A DNA stretch of 64,000 bases from Clostridia bacterium. GTDB lineage: Bacteria; Bacillota; Clostridia; Oscillospirales; Acutalibacteraceae. Each line of letters opens with the position of its first letter. Positions within the stretch are counted from its first letter, which is position 1. The stretch covers positions 13,340-77,339 of the forward strand of contig JAKSQC010000001.1 in the NCBI GenBank assembly GCA_024404325.1, given 5' to 3'. The notes beneath the pieces were generated by a model. That model saw nothing but the letters and a program-made list of their open reading frames with translations. It was not told the origin of the DNA and did not search any database. Below are positions 48,984 to 58,372 of the stretch, piece by piece. The position numbers were made by a program, and so were the translations under genes.

Positions 48984-50891
48984 TCAGGTATTTACCATTT
49001 TCATTTCTTCCGACTTTTCAGCACAGCTGTTTACCGCCTCACAAGTTTTATATGTAGGCACAACTTTGGCTATTGCATTTTTTAATATATCGGCATTACC
49101 TATACCGTAGGCAGATTCAACCGCATCGGTCAAAACCTTGATTTTGCTGTCAACTTCTGCTCTTGAAAGCGGAGCGTCATGCTCGATAAATATTAAATCG
49201 TTCTCTGTCTTATCAAGTTCTTCGCCCTTCATCAAAAGTTCTTCATACAGTTTCTCTCCCGGACGAAGACCTATTTCATCAATTTTGATATCCTTTTCCG
49301 GCTCAAATCCCGAAAGACGAATCATATCACAGGCAAGGTCGTAAATTTTTACAGGCTTACCCATATCAAGCACAAACAACTCACCGTCTTTTGCCATTTT
49401 ACCGGCGTGCATTACAAGCTGGCTTGCTTCGGGTATTGTCATAAAGTAACGAATAATACGCTTGTCCGTTATGGTAATCGGCCCGCCTTGCTCAATCTGT
49501 TTTTTAAAAAGCGGTATAACACTTCCATTAGAGCCTAAAACGTTGCCGAATCTTACAGCCGCAAAGTTTGTATTACTGTCGGTACGGCACTGTATTATCA
49601 TTTCACAGACGCGTTTAGACGCACCCATAATATTTGTAGGATTAACAGCCTTATCGGTAGAAATAAGAATAAACTTCTCTGCCTCGTATTTTTCTGCCAT
49701 ATCGGCGGTATTATATGTACCAAGAACATTATTTTTTACTGCTTCACTCGAACTGTGTTCCATTAACGGGACGTGTTTATGTGCCGCCGCGTGGAATACT
49801 ACATCGGGACGGTGAATTTTAAACACCTCGTCAAGTCTTTTCCTGTCCCTGACAGAGCCTATTTCAACACAAAGATTAAGCTTTTCGCCGTATTTACGGA
49901 CAAGTTCCTGCTCAATATCATAAGCATTGTTTTCATAAATTTCAAAAATAACCAACTTGTTCGGTCTGCATTTTGCAATTTGACGGCAGAGCTCAGAACC
50001 GATTGAACCGCCTCCGCCTGTAACAAGAATGGTTTTACCTTTGTAATAATCAAGAGAACTTGCATTTTCTATAAGTATCGGATTACGGAAAAGCAAATCT
50101 TCTATCTGGAAAGTTCGTATTACTTTCTTAAATTCGTTGCCATTATCTTGGAGAGGAGAGTCGTATATCTTTACCTGACATCCAAAATTTGAATATCTTT
50201 CATAAAGCATATTCAAAGTGTTACTGTCAGCGTTTGCAATTGCAATTACAAACTCTTTTATGTCAAGAAGTTCTACAAACTCCGACAGGCGGTCTTCGCC
50301 GTAAACGGGGAGTTCTGAAACAGAATTACCGATTTTCCCATATGCTTTATCAATAAAACATACCGGATTATAATGTGCATTTGGATTTGTAATAAGTTCT
50401 TCTGCAAGACTCGCACCAAGTTGACCTGCACCTACTATTGCTATGTTGATTTTTTTGCTCTTTTCTGCGGAACGTTGGTTACTCCATCTATACAATAGCT
50501 GATAGGTAAACCGTGAAAGCAATGTCAAAAGTGCATTAAGCGAGGTAACAATTATAAAATGCCAAACACCTGTATAAATACTGAATATTCTTGAACAAAA
50601 TATAGCTAATATACCGCTGAAACAGTCAGCCCACACAAGTTTAAAATAAACCCGTGTGTTTGAATAACGCCAAATATTACGGTACATTCTCAGTATAAAT
50701 CTTACACCGAAAATAAAAATAGCCATAAGACAGGCATTGTCTATATATGTTCTTAAATCATAACTTAACGGTGAATCGACAATATTAACCGATACATAAA
50801 AAGAAATATTGATAAAAGCAAAACAAAATACATCAAAAGCAATCAGCAATACTCTTCTGAGCTTTTTATTCAAAAAACCAAGAAACCGCAT
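48984..50891 (-). CDS. Membrane-anchored polysaccharide biosynthesis protein CapD/PglF-type (NDP-sugar 4,6-dehydratase)
   Basis: Has four N-terminal TM helices and two Rossmann regions (IVGAGQLG; VTGGGGSIGSEL), plus an SDR catalytic region (STDKAV...YGASK-like MGASKR). Confidence 0.8.
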   Translation of the reverse strand: MRFLGFLNKKLRRVLLIAFDVFCFAFINISFYVSVNIVDSPLSYDLRTYIDNACLMAIFIFGVRFILRMYRNIWRYSNTRVYFKLVWADCFSGILAIFCSRIFSIYTGVWHFIIVTSLNALLTLLSRFTYQLLYRWSNQRSAEKSKKINIAIVGAGQLGASLAEELITNPNAHYNPVCFIDKAYGKIGNSVSELPVYGEDRLSEFVELLDIKEFVIAIANADSNTLNMLYERYSNFGCQVKIYDSPLQDNGNEFKKVIRTFQIEDLLFRNPILIENASSLDYYKGKTILVTGGGGSIGSELCRQIAKCRPNKLVIFEIYENNAYDIEQELVRKYGEKLNLCVEIGSVRDRKRLDEVFKIHRPDVVFHAAAHKHVPLMEHSSSEAVKNNVLGTYNTADMAEKYEAEKFILISTDKAVNPTNIMGASKRVCEMIIQCRTDSNTNFAAVRFGNVLGSNGSVIPLFKKQIEQGGPITITDKRIIRYFMTIPEASQLVMHAGKMAKDGELFVLDMGKPVKIYDLACDMIRLSGFEPEKDIKIDEIGLRPGEKLYEELLMKGEELDKTENDLIFIEHDAPLSRAEVDSKIKVLTDAVESAYGIGNADILKNAIAKVVPTYKTCEAVNSCAEKSEEMKMVNT

Positions 50892-51000
50892 ACCTCATCC
50901 ATCTTTCTTACAAAAATATTCCCTTGTATTCGAAAAAACAAACAACATATCCATAACATTGCTATAATTATATACCTTTTTGCATATTAAGTCAACTTTA

Positions 51001-52923
51001 TTATTTTAAAAGGCAGTCGCCAATAAATACCAAACCGCAACATACTGATGCTATTGCTTTTTTGTTTTTTATGCCGAGTCTCGAAATAAGTGCTTTTACT
51101 ACACTTATGCAAACGGTAATCTTAATAATACTGCTTGCAAAAAACACAAAATAAGAAAAACCGTCCATTCTTGTGAACAGTTCGCCTACGGTTACGGTAC
51201 TGATTGCGTCTGAATAAGGGAATTCCATCTCCGATGCGACATTAGTTCCGAAAAGTAAAAGACTGTTAAGCAAACATATACAGAGTAATACTGCTCCCAA
51301 TACAACAGCTAAGCACATATATTTCTTTGCCATATTTTCAAAAAAACATTTTCTATACAAGAGTATAGGCAGCAAAGTAACGAAAACATTAACAAAGTAA
51401 GATGATGTTTGTCTTAATGTATCTTTAATATCGGGGAACTGTAAAACAATTATATTTTCAAGTCGGTATCTGGGAATTGATATAATAAAAAGCAAAATTA
51501 TTATTATGGCAGTAATAACAAGAGAAAATAAAGAAAATTTGAGTATTATTTTGTCTTTTTGAAGTGAAAACCACAAAACGCACAATGCAAATACCACCGA
51601 TACTATAAACCTCGGTGTATTAGGTAACATTCTGAAAGCCACAAAATCGGTATAATCGCTGAAACACAGTACGGATATAAAAATAAGCAAAATACTGCTT
51701 ACTATATAAACAATCTTTAATATGACAGTATTTTTCAAAAGCCTTTTTTCATCGTATAAAAAGTCAAATGCAAAGGTCAGCAGGTATATTAGTGCCAAAC
51801 CTGATACCGAAGCAATTATGAAACTTAAAAAGTTATTTTGACCGGCATTTTTATAAGGTACACCGATGACGGCGTTACCAAGCAAAAACATTGCCGACAT
51901 CATTAGAAAATGAATATTATAGTTTGACTTCTCTTTCATACTCTTCCTACTTTGTTTCACATTCATTTTAAAATCATCTTTAAGACTGTTATAAAGTGAC
52001 CTGTCCCTTAAATACAATCTGTTTTCAAAACCGAAAACATCGCCGTAACCGTTGTCTGTCATTTTTTTTATAAGTGCATTGCAATTATTTTCCAAAGTAT
52101 TTTCAAAGTTTTTCGTTTTATATTCAAAAGAAAATATTGTTTTTAAATCAATTTCAAGTATGTTGTTTTTATAATTAAAATTGAATTTTGTATGCATTTT
52201 ATTTATCTTAGCCCTTTGCTCACCCAAAAGAATTTTACCGCCGTTGTTTGAGTTCGAAAGAACCGAATAAATATAACTTTCCGATTCGTTTATATTTGTT
52301 ACAAACTGTCTGTTGCGGTATATATTTCTGCCGTCCATTTTAATACCGTCTTCTAAGCATTTAAAAAAGGGAAGTGAAAATACTTTTCCTTTTTTCGCCT
52401 CAAGTGCCTTTATTTCGTAAAATCTGTTTTGATAGAGTATACCCGTTTCGTCACTGCTTCGCTCAATCATTCCCATAATGTCATAACCCGAGGTGAGTGC
52501 AGAAACACTCTCCTGCTGTAAGAGCTTATTTGCATTATCTGTCGCAACAAAATATACGCCTAAATTAAGATTTTTTTGGTCGGCACTGTAATCAAATATA
52601 TCTCCGAGCGTCTCAGATGTTATACCGTTTCCTATCGCCACTACACCGCAATGGTCAAATAACAGTGATTTTGAAAGAAATGATGGAATATTAAAAATCG
52701 CCTGCGACGGCGTACTGCCGTCTGCCGAAAATACCTTTATTTCAGCCTCCTCGTTAATACTGTCAGTACCGACTATTACAGCCTGAATACTTGCAACAAT
52801 ATTACCGTTATCGGCGTCAAACCCTACCGCCGATACCATATACTGACTGTTGCTTTCCCTGTAATCACTGCAACCTGCAAGTGTTAAAGCACAAAGCAGT
52901 ACAATTAAAATCAGTCTTTTCAT
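51001..52923 (-). CDS. Germinant receptor GerAC-like lipoprotein fused to a GerAB-like permease
   Basis: The N-terminus has lipobox LAGC and GerC hallmarks (VSAVGFD...; C-terminal GDVFGFEN). From ~aa 335 there is a polytopic GerAB-like segment (HFLMMSAMFLLGNAVIGVPY...). It is a single uninterrupted 640-aa ORF. Confidence 0.7.
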   Translation of the reverse strand: MKRLILIVLLCALTLAGCSDYRESNSQYMVSAVGFDADNGNIVASIQAVIVGTDSINEEAEIKVFSADGSTPSQAIFNIPSFLSKSLLFDHCGVVAIGNGITSETLGDIFDYSADQKNLNLGVYFVATDNANKLLQQESVSALTSGYDIMGMIERSSDETGILYQNRFYEIKALEAKKGKVFSLPFFKCLEDGIKMDGRNIYRNRQFVTNINESESYIYSVLSNSNNGGKILLGEQRAKINKMHTKFNFNYKNNILEIDLKTIFSFEYKTKNFENTLENNCNALIKKMTDNGYGDVFGFENRLYLRDRSLYNSLKDDFKMNVKQSRKSMKEKSNYNIHFLMMSAMFLLGNAVIGVPYKNAGQNNFLSFIIASVSGLALIYLLTFAFDFLYDEKRLLKNTVILKIVYIVSSILLIFISVLCFSDYTDFVAFRMLPNTPRFIVSVVFALCVLWFSLQKDKIILKFSLFSLVITAIIIILLFIISIPRYRLENIIVLQFPDIKDTLRQTSSYFVNVFVTLLPILLYRKCFFENMAKKYMCLAVVLGAVLLCICLLNSLLLFGTNVASEMEFPYSDAISTVTVGELFTRMDGFSYFVFFASSIIKITVCISVVKALISRLGIKNKKAIASVCCGLVFIGDCLLK

Positions 52924-54410
52924 TGACGTTTTTTAACATCTCCGCTTCTTATGATATTTCTGTTAAACACAGGTCTTTTTTTCATAAAAGTCCAAGGTGC
53001 ACGCCATACGGTGTCTTTTAGATTTTGAGAATTAGGGTTGTTAAGAGATACGGTATAGTCTACTCCAAATGACGTTATACTGAATATTCTTATCACAAAC
53101 ACCGCAGATACGGCAATATACCCGAAAAGTCCGAAAACGGAACTTGCTATAACCAAAAGAAGTCTTAAATAAAATACTATGCCTTTAAGTCTCGGTATCA
53201 TAAGACCTGCTATACCGCTGAGTGCTACGGCAATAAGCATAGGTGCACTTATTATTCTCGCCTCTACCGCCGCCTGCCCTACAACAAGCCCGCCTACGAT
53301 ACTAAGAGCATGTCCCAAACTCTGTGGCATTCGTACGCCCGTTTCCTTTAATATTTCAAAAACGAGTATTAAAATTATACATTCCACTACCGACGGCATA
53401 GGCACACCGCCTCTCAGTTGTGCTATTGACAGTGCAAAATTTGTCGGTAAAAGTTGCATATGGAATGTTGTAAGAGCTACAAATATGGCAGGTACACTTA
53501 CCGCTATAAAAAAACATATATAACGAAGTATCCTATTAACCGAGGAAATCATATAGTTAAGATAATAGTCTTCGTCCGACTGAAAGTTTTCCGAAAACAA
53601 GTATGGAAGTGTAAGGACTACAGGAGTACCGTCAACTACTACTGCTATGCGTCCTTCAAGCAGTCTGGCGGCTACTATGTCAGGTCTTTCGGTTGTACCC
53701 GTTGTTTTAAAAAGTGAATTTTTATGGTCTCTTATATGCTCGGCAATATAGTTGCTGTCAAGTATGCCGTCTATATCTATCATACTCATTCTTCTTTTGA
53801 GTTCATCTACCGTAGACTTATCGGCAAGACTTCCCAAATAACATACAAATACAACCGTTTCCGTCCGTCTGCCTATTCTCAGCATTTCTACACATAGGTC
53901 AGGGGTTAAAAGTTTTCTTCTGAGCATTGCAATATTAAGCAGTGCAACCTCGTCAAAGCCCTCTCTCGGTCCTTGAAGTACACGCTCGTCCGCAGGCTCG
54001 CTTATGCCCCTTGACCTAAAGCCTTTGGTATTAACCGTAAGTGCCGATGTGCACCCCTCTATAAAGATTACCGTATCACCGTACAAAACCGACCTTATTA
54101 AATCTGCCATATCATTAGTTGTATTTACTTCGCCTGCAAAAAGTATATTGGCTGATATATAATCTGCATCAAATTTTACGGTACTTGGTATTTTTGAAAG
54201 TATCAGCGGACGCACTATTGCCTCGTTTATAAGTTCAGAGTTTACCATACCGTCCATATAAAAAAGAACTGCACTTCTATTCTCGTCTGTTTTTATCAGG
54301 CGCTCTCGCAAAATACCGTCATTTTTAAATATTTCTTTGAATTTTGCCGTATCTTGCGTAAAATTCCCGCTTAATTTAATATTATCATAATCAGAAGTAA
54401 GACCGCTCAA
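52920..54410 (-). CDS. Germinant receptor A subunit (GerAA/GerKA family)
   Basis: A 496-aa protein with a GerA-family soluble N-domain and a C-terminal 5-TM region (TERPD, LLEGR, PMPSVVE blocks). It uses a TTG start 8 nt after GGAGG and overlaps the downstream gene by 4 nt. Confidence 0.85.
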   Translation of the reverse strand: MSGLTSDYDNIKLSGNFTQDTAKFKEIFKNDGILRERLIKTDENRSAVLFYMDGMVNSELINEAIVRPLILSKIPSTVKFDADYISANILFAGEVNTTNDMADLIRSVLYGDTVIFIEGCTSALTVNTKGFRSRGISEPADERVLQGPREGFDEVALLNIAMLRRKLLTPDLCVEMLRIGRRTETVVFVCYLGSLADKSTVDELKRRMSMIDIDGILDSNYIAEHIRDHKNSLFKTTGTTERPDIVAARLLEGRIAVVVDGTPVVLTLPYLFSENFQSDEDYYLNYMISSVNRILRYICFFIAVSVPAIFVALTTFHMQLLPTNFALSIAQLRGGVPMPSVVECIILILVFEILKETGVRMPQSLGHALSIVGGLVVGQAAVEARIISAPMLIAVALSGIAGLMIPRLKGIVFYLRLLLVIASSVFGLFGYIAVSAVFVIRIFSITSFGVDYTVSLNNPNSQNLKDTVWRAPWTFMKKRPVFNRNIIRSGDVKKRQ

Positions 54411-54421
54411 AAATAAAACCT

Positions 54422-54451
54422 CCGCAATAACCTATAAATATATTATTGCGG
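54422..54451 (-). terminator. Hairpin between the cortex-lytic gene and gerAA
   Basis: CCGCAATAA-N12-TTATTGCGG; on the minus strand it is followed by AGGTTTTATTTT. It overlaps the gerAA SD, so it may act as an attenuating structure rather than a full stop. Confidence 0.4.
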
Positions 54452-54494
54452 AAATTTTTATAAAAATACTCAAGGCAAGCCAAACCCGTCAGAC

Positions 54495-55856
54495 TTATTG
54501 TGTTTCGATTAAAAAATCATATTGGTTTGCAATATTATACCACGTTACCGGTCCTACCGCACCGTTAACGGGAAGCCCGAAAAGCGACTGAAACGTTCTT
54601 ACTGCATCTGCCGTTTGACTTCCGAAGTATCCCGTCACCGGAAGTTCGGGTATTTCGGGATAATATCTGCCTATTAACGATAAATAGGTTTGTAAATCTC
54701 TTACGTCCTGACCGCTTGTTCCCTCGGTCAAAAAGTATCCGGGATAGAGTTTAGCACGGTCGCCCGAATACCCCTCGGGAAGTGACGCCACAGTTTGAGA
54801 ATAAACATCTCTTAACCTTATCCAAGTTGCGTTGTTTACTATGCCCGTTTGCGGCAGACCGTTAAGTGCCTGAAATTCTCTTACCGCCGTAGTCGTTTGC
54901 GGTCCGTATATACCGTTTAACGGTGATAAATTTAAGTTTGGGTTAAAATACGCTATAACGTTTAAATAATATTGCAGAATTTGTATTTGAGGACCTTGCA
55001 TACCCTCGGAGAGTTGTCTTGTAAATGGCAGTTGTGCCTCCTCAATGGTTATGCCCTCGGACACAAGGTCGGAAAGACTTTTTACACCTGCATAGTATTG
55101 CTTTATTCTATACCACGTTGATTTATCTACTTCTCCCGTAACACTTAGATTGAAAATTCGCTGAAATTCTCTTACGGCGTTTTGGGTGTCAACGCCGAAT
55201 ATACCGTTTTCCTCTGCAATTTTGGGTATTGCGGGATAGTTTCTTGAAATACGGTTTAACTCTGTTTGTATCGTCTTTACGCTGTTGCCCGTATCACCTA
55301 TCCTTACAGGCACACCGGGATACGACTCCTCGATATTCTGCACAGGTGCATTTGTAACGATATCTATATCCTCACCGTAATAATTACGAAGAATTTGAAG
55401 CGGGTCAAGTCCGCTTTCTGCAAGCGATACCGTACCCCATTGTGAAAGTCCGTTGCAGGTAGACGTTGTACCGTTGCAAAACTGCGTAAAATACGGTGCA
55501 ACACTACCCTGCCTTACAACGTAATTATTGAATATTTCGTCTACTATGTCACTTACATTTTCATATATTTCTCTGTTTTCTACAAATGCTTGGTCATACC
55601 GTGTGGTGTTTGTTATATCAAAGTTATATCCCCTTGAACGGTAGTATTCGGTATAAACCCTGTTAAGTGCATACGATATTATTGCATAAACATTCGCCCT
55701 TATTGCATTTTCAGGCCATGTTGGGTATATCTCACTCGAAGCTACATTCTTTATATAATCTGAAAAACTTACCGTTACATTCCGTGCATTTGAATCGGGT
55801 GCACCGAGGTGAACTACTATACTTTCGGGTATAACGGGAAAATCTACTTCAGGCAT
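54495..55856 (-). CDS. SpoIID/LytB-like domain protein with three PG_binding_1 repeats (candidate spore cortex-lytic enzyme)
   Basis: The N-terminal ~165 aa resemble SpoIID (AIRANVYAIISYAL..., YFTQFCNG). These are followed by three ~65-aa repeats of the pattern GxxGxxVxxLQxxLxxI...G.FGxxTxxAVxxFQ...L.xxGxVxxxTW. Confidence 0.6.
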   Translation of the reverse strand: MPEVDFPVIPESIVVHLGAPDSNARNVTVSFSDYIKNVASSEIYPTWPENAIRANVYAIISYALNRVYTEYYRSRGYNFDITNTTRYDQAFVENREIYENVSDIVDEIFNNYVVRQGSVAPYFTQFCNGTTSTCNGLSQWGTVSLAESGLDPLQILRNYYGEDIDIVTNAPVQNIEESYPGVPVRIGDTGNSVKTIQTELNRISRNYPAIPKIAEENGIFGVDTQNAVREFQRIFNLSVTGEVDKSTWYRIKQYYAGVKSLSDLVSEGITIEEAQLPFTRQLSEGMQGPQIQILQYYLNVIAYFNPNLNLSPLNGIYGPQTTTAVREFQALNGLPQTGIVNNATWIRLRDVYSQTVASLPEGYSGDRAKLYPGYFLTEGTSGQDVRDLQTYLSLIGRYYPEIPELPVTGYFGSQTADAVRTFQSLFGLPVNGAVGPVTWYNIANQYDFLIETQ

Positions 55857-55868
55857 AAAATCTCCCCC

Positions 55869-56369
55869 TTACAAATCATAACTATTCGACTCGTCAAAAA
55901 TTGCAGGCGACTTATTATTACCCGCCGCAGAAACTAAAACGAGGTCTGCTGTTTGTACAGATTTCACACCCGGAAATACGGGAACATTCATATTTATTTG
56001 TTCTACATAACCGTCCGACTTTACCGATATGTTATACTCTGCGTATGGCAGTCTGCTTTCTCCTGCACTCTCGGAATAACTTTTAGGCGGTGTGGCAAGT
56101 CTGAAAGAGGGCGTACGTCCGCTTTGGTCGGTTACCGCAGTATGTAGCACTTCCATATTATCATAATTCCCCTTAAATATCGTAACTACTGCACCTACAA
56201 CGGGATATAAACCTCTTAGTGTTGTTACGTTTACCGTAAGTTCCCCCGTATTTTGGTCACTCGGTATCTCCACGCCCGACGACTGCACACTCACCGCCTT
56301 ATTTTTTGCAGATTTATACAGTGACATCAGTTCATCGCTGTACTTTTTTATAAGTTCTTTCTCATTCAT
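55869..56369 (-). CDS. Small protein with a carboxypeptidase-regulatory-like (Ig/transthyretin-like) beta domain
   Basis: 166 aa from ATG 56369 (SD GGGGTG). Has the pattern GELTVNVTT...GAVVTIF...TDQSGRT...Y.ISVKSDGY. Confidence 0.5.
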   Translation of the reverse strand: MNEKELIKKYSDELMSLYKSAKNKAVSVQSSGVEIPSDQNTGELTVNVTTLRGLYPVVGAVVTIFKGNYDNMEVLHTAVTDQSGRTPSFRLATPPKSYSESAGESRLPYAEYNISVKSDGYVEQINMNVPVFPGVKSVQTADLVLVSAAGNNKSPAIFDESNSYDL

Positions 56370-56526
56370 AAAAAAACACACCCCAAAATTATTATAAAGC
56401 ATTATATTTTATGCTTTGTTTTGGAATGTGTTAAATATTATTTTGTTATAATTGCGAATATAATTAAACCATTGAAAGTAAATAATCATTCAGTCGGCAA
56501 AGCCGACACCTAAATTATTCTTTTTT

Positions 56527-56592
56527 AAGTCTTAAATATTCATTATTCATTTAGAAAACCTATCACTCTAATTTAATGAATATTTAAGACTT
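56527..56592. repeat. Perfect 19-bp inverted repeat with a 28-nt spacer
   Basis: AAGTCTTAAATATTCATTA (56527-56545) pairs with TAATGAATATTTAAGACTT (56574-56592). Confidence 0.8.
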
Positions 56593-56617
56593 AATAATGA
56601 ATTATGAATAATACAAA

Positions 56618-56651
56618 GCGAAAACCTACCACTTGCGTGATAGGTTTTCGC
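56618..56651 (-). terminator. Intrinsic terminator of tRNA-Ser
   Basis: GCGAAAACCTA-N12-TAGGTTTTCGC; on the minus strand it is followed by TTTGTATT. It begins 3 nt after the tRNA CCA end. Confidence 0.7.
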
Positions 56652-56653
56652 TT

Positions 56654-56747
56654 TGGCGGAGATGGAGAGATTCGAACTCTCGAGAACGCTTTAACGTCCT
56701 ACACGATTTCCAATCGTGCGCCCTCGACCGGACTAGGCGACATCTCC
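56654..56747 (-). tRNA. tRNA-Ser (anticodon GGA), class II with long variable arm, CCA encoded
   Basis: On the minus strand the 94-nt sequence is GGAGATG...CATCTCC-G-CCA. It has a 7-bp acceptor stem, an anticodon stem CACGA/TCGTG with loop TTGGAAA, a variable stem GGACG/CGTTC, and a T-arm GAGAG-TTCGAAT-CTCTC. Confidence 0.93.
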
Positions 56748-56792
56748 GTAACTCCACAGTATTATACATTAAGAAAACTGAAAAATCAAGCA

Positions 56793-57788
56793 TTATTTAT
56801 AAAGTTTTAATATTTTATTTGCTCTGTCATACACCATATCACGCAGTCTTTTGGGTGTAATAACCTCTATTTTTTCGCCGTAGTTCATAATCCATGTTAC
56901 AAGTGCATCGCTTACAGACACCTTTGCAGAAAAGCGGAAACTATCTTCTGTTACGTTTTTTATAAATATTTTATCTGTAAATCTGTCTGTTACCTGCTCT
57001 AATATGCCTTTTTGACACTTTAGTTCTATTTCCTCGGTGTCACCGCCGTACATACTGAAAAGTTTTTTAGTATAATCTACAACGTCAAATACGTCGTTAT
57101 ACTCACTTACTTCGCTAAACGGTCTTGCTGTACACTCACTCTCACTTACCGAACGCATACGGTCTATACGCAGGTGTATCAGATTATCGTATTTTTCGTA
57201 ATTGCCTATCAAATAATAGTGGTCATCCTGCCACGTCATAGCATACGGGCTTACCGTCATTTGCTTATAAACCGTCTTAATTTCCCTATCTTCAAGACAG
57301 CGTGTACCGTACCTGAACGTTATTTTTTTCTTATTTTCTATCGCTCTGTTAATACTGTCAATAGTGTAAAAAATCTCCTCATTAGCACACTTGCCGACGG
57401 TATCAATGTATATACCCATATCTCTGCCTGAGAATTGATGAACGCTTAACATTTTTTCAAGTTTTTTTGTCAGTTCTCTGGTTTTCTTTGCACTAATAAA
57501 TTTCGCCGTTCTCACAGCATCGCACAAAAGATAAATTTCCGGCAGTTCAAACTCCCTTTCGGCTAAAAAATACCCTGCACGGGGAACGCGGGTTTTAATT
57601 ATATCAAAACCGTAGTTTACAAGACATTCAATATCGTCATATATAGCCTTTCTCTCGGCAGTAATGCCCATTGAAATAAGTCTGTCGCATATCTCGTTTG
57701 CAGGCATCGGGTGGTCTTCGTCGGTATACTTTTTAAGTATATCGGCAACATAAAAAAGTTTTAACTTTTGTCCGCTTCTTGCTCCCAT
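56793..57788 (-). CDS. HTH-WYL-domain transcriptional regulator
   Basis: Has an N-terminal wHTH and a central WYL block (VSPYAMTWQDDHYYLIGNY). ATG 57788 lies 8 nt after GAGGAG and overlaps the upstream gene's end. Confidence 0.75.
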   Translation of the reverse strand: MGARSGQKLKLFYVADILKKYTDEDHPMPANEICDRLISMGITAERKAIYDDIECLVNYGFDIIKTRVPRAGYFLAEREFELPEIYLLCDAVRTAKFISAKKTRELTKKLEKMLSVHQFSGRDMGIYIDTVGKCANEEIFYTIDSINRAIENKKKITFRYGTRCLEDREIKTVYKQMTVSPYAMTWQDDHYYLIGNYEKYDNLIHLRIDRMRSVSESECTARPFSEVSEYNDVFDVVDYTKKLFSMYGGDTEEIELKCQKGILEQVTDRFTDKIFIKNVTEDSFRFSAKVSVSDALVTWIMNYGEKIEVITPKRLRDMVYDRANKILKLYK

Positions 57789-58372
57789 TTTTTCCACTCC
57801 TCAAAAAACCTATCATAACCGTATACTGCATTTACGGCATCTAAAAATGCGTTTGCGGAAAGATTTGACGGCAGTCCTAAAAACACCGATAACCGTTTTC
57901 TTAAATCACTGCTGTTATTACTTCCGCTTAAACCGATTTTATAAAGGTCGGTTTTGGTAATTTTCTTTTTTACCTTTATTTCTTTAAATTCACTGACACC
58001 GCTGTTTACAAGTGCCTGTTTAATTATATCAGCCGTCATTCCCTCAACGCCTAAAAGTCCCTCTTTGCCGAAACTGGTTTTGCGTTTTTCCTTACCGAGT
58101 ATTTGAGGAATATAAACGTTTATAATACTGCCGTCCTTACAAATATTTTTAAGATACGACCGTATCACCGCTCCCGCACTGTCCGAATCGGTCATAACAA
58201 TTATGCCGTTTTTTTGTGACAAACTGCGTATTAAATCGCACTTTTCTTTATCCTTAAAAATTCCAAAACCGTCGGTTGTGATTATATAGGCATCAATAAT
58301 ATTTTCAAGCGTTTTTTTATCGTATTTCCCCTCAACCACCACCGCCTGAGCAAGCCTAATCAACCGCCTCAC
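57761..58372 (-). CDS. Toprim-domain protein, RNase M5-like
   Basis: Has VVVEGKYDK (Toprim Glu) and VMTDSDSAG (DxD), about 200 aa. It overlaps holA by 17 nt. Confidence 0.6.
   Translation of the reverse strand: MRRLIRLAQAVVVEGKYDKKTLENIIDAYIITTDGFGIFKDKEKCDLIRSLSQKNGIIVMTDSDSAGAVIRSYLKNICKDGSIINVYIPQILGKEKRKTSFGKEGLLGVEGMTADIIKQALVNSGVSEFKEIKVKKKITKTDLYKIGLSGSNNSSDLRKRLSVFLGLPSNLSANAFLDAVNAVYGYDRFFEEWKKWEQEADKS

Noticed and set aside
56604-56860. Two plus-strand ORFs of 68 and 75 aa
   Set aside because: They overlap the minus-strand tRNA-Ser gene and its terminator. The tRNA cloverleaf is complete.
56654-57797. tRNA gene plus WYL regulator as the edge of a defence or genomic island
   Set aside because: The flanking genes on both sides are core functions (holA, comEC, germination genes). 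There is no integrase and no duplicated tRNA 3' segment.
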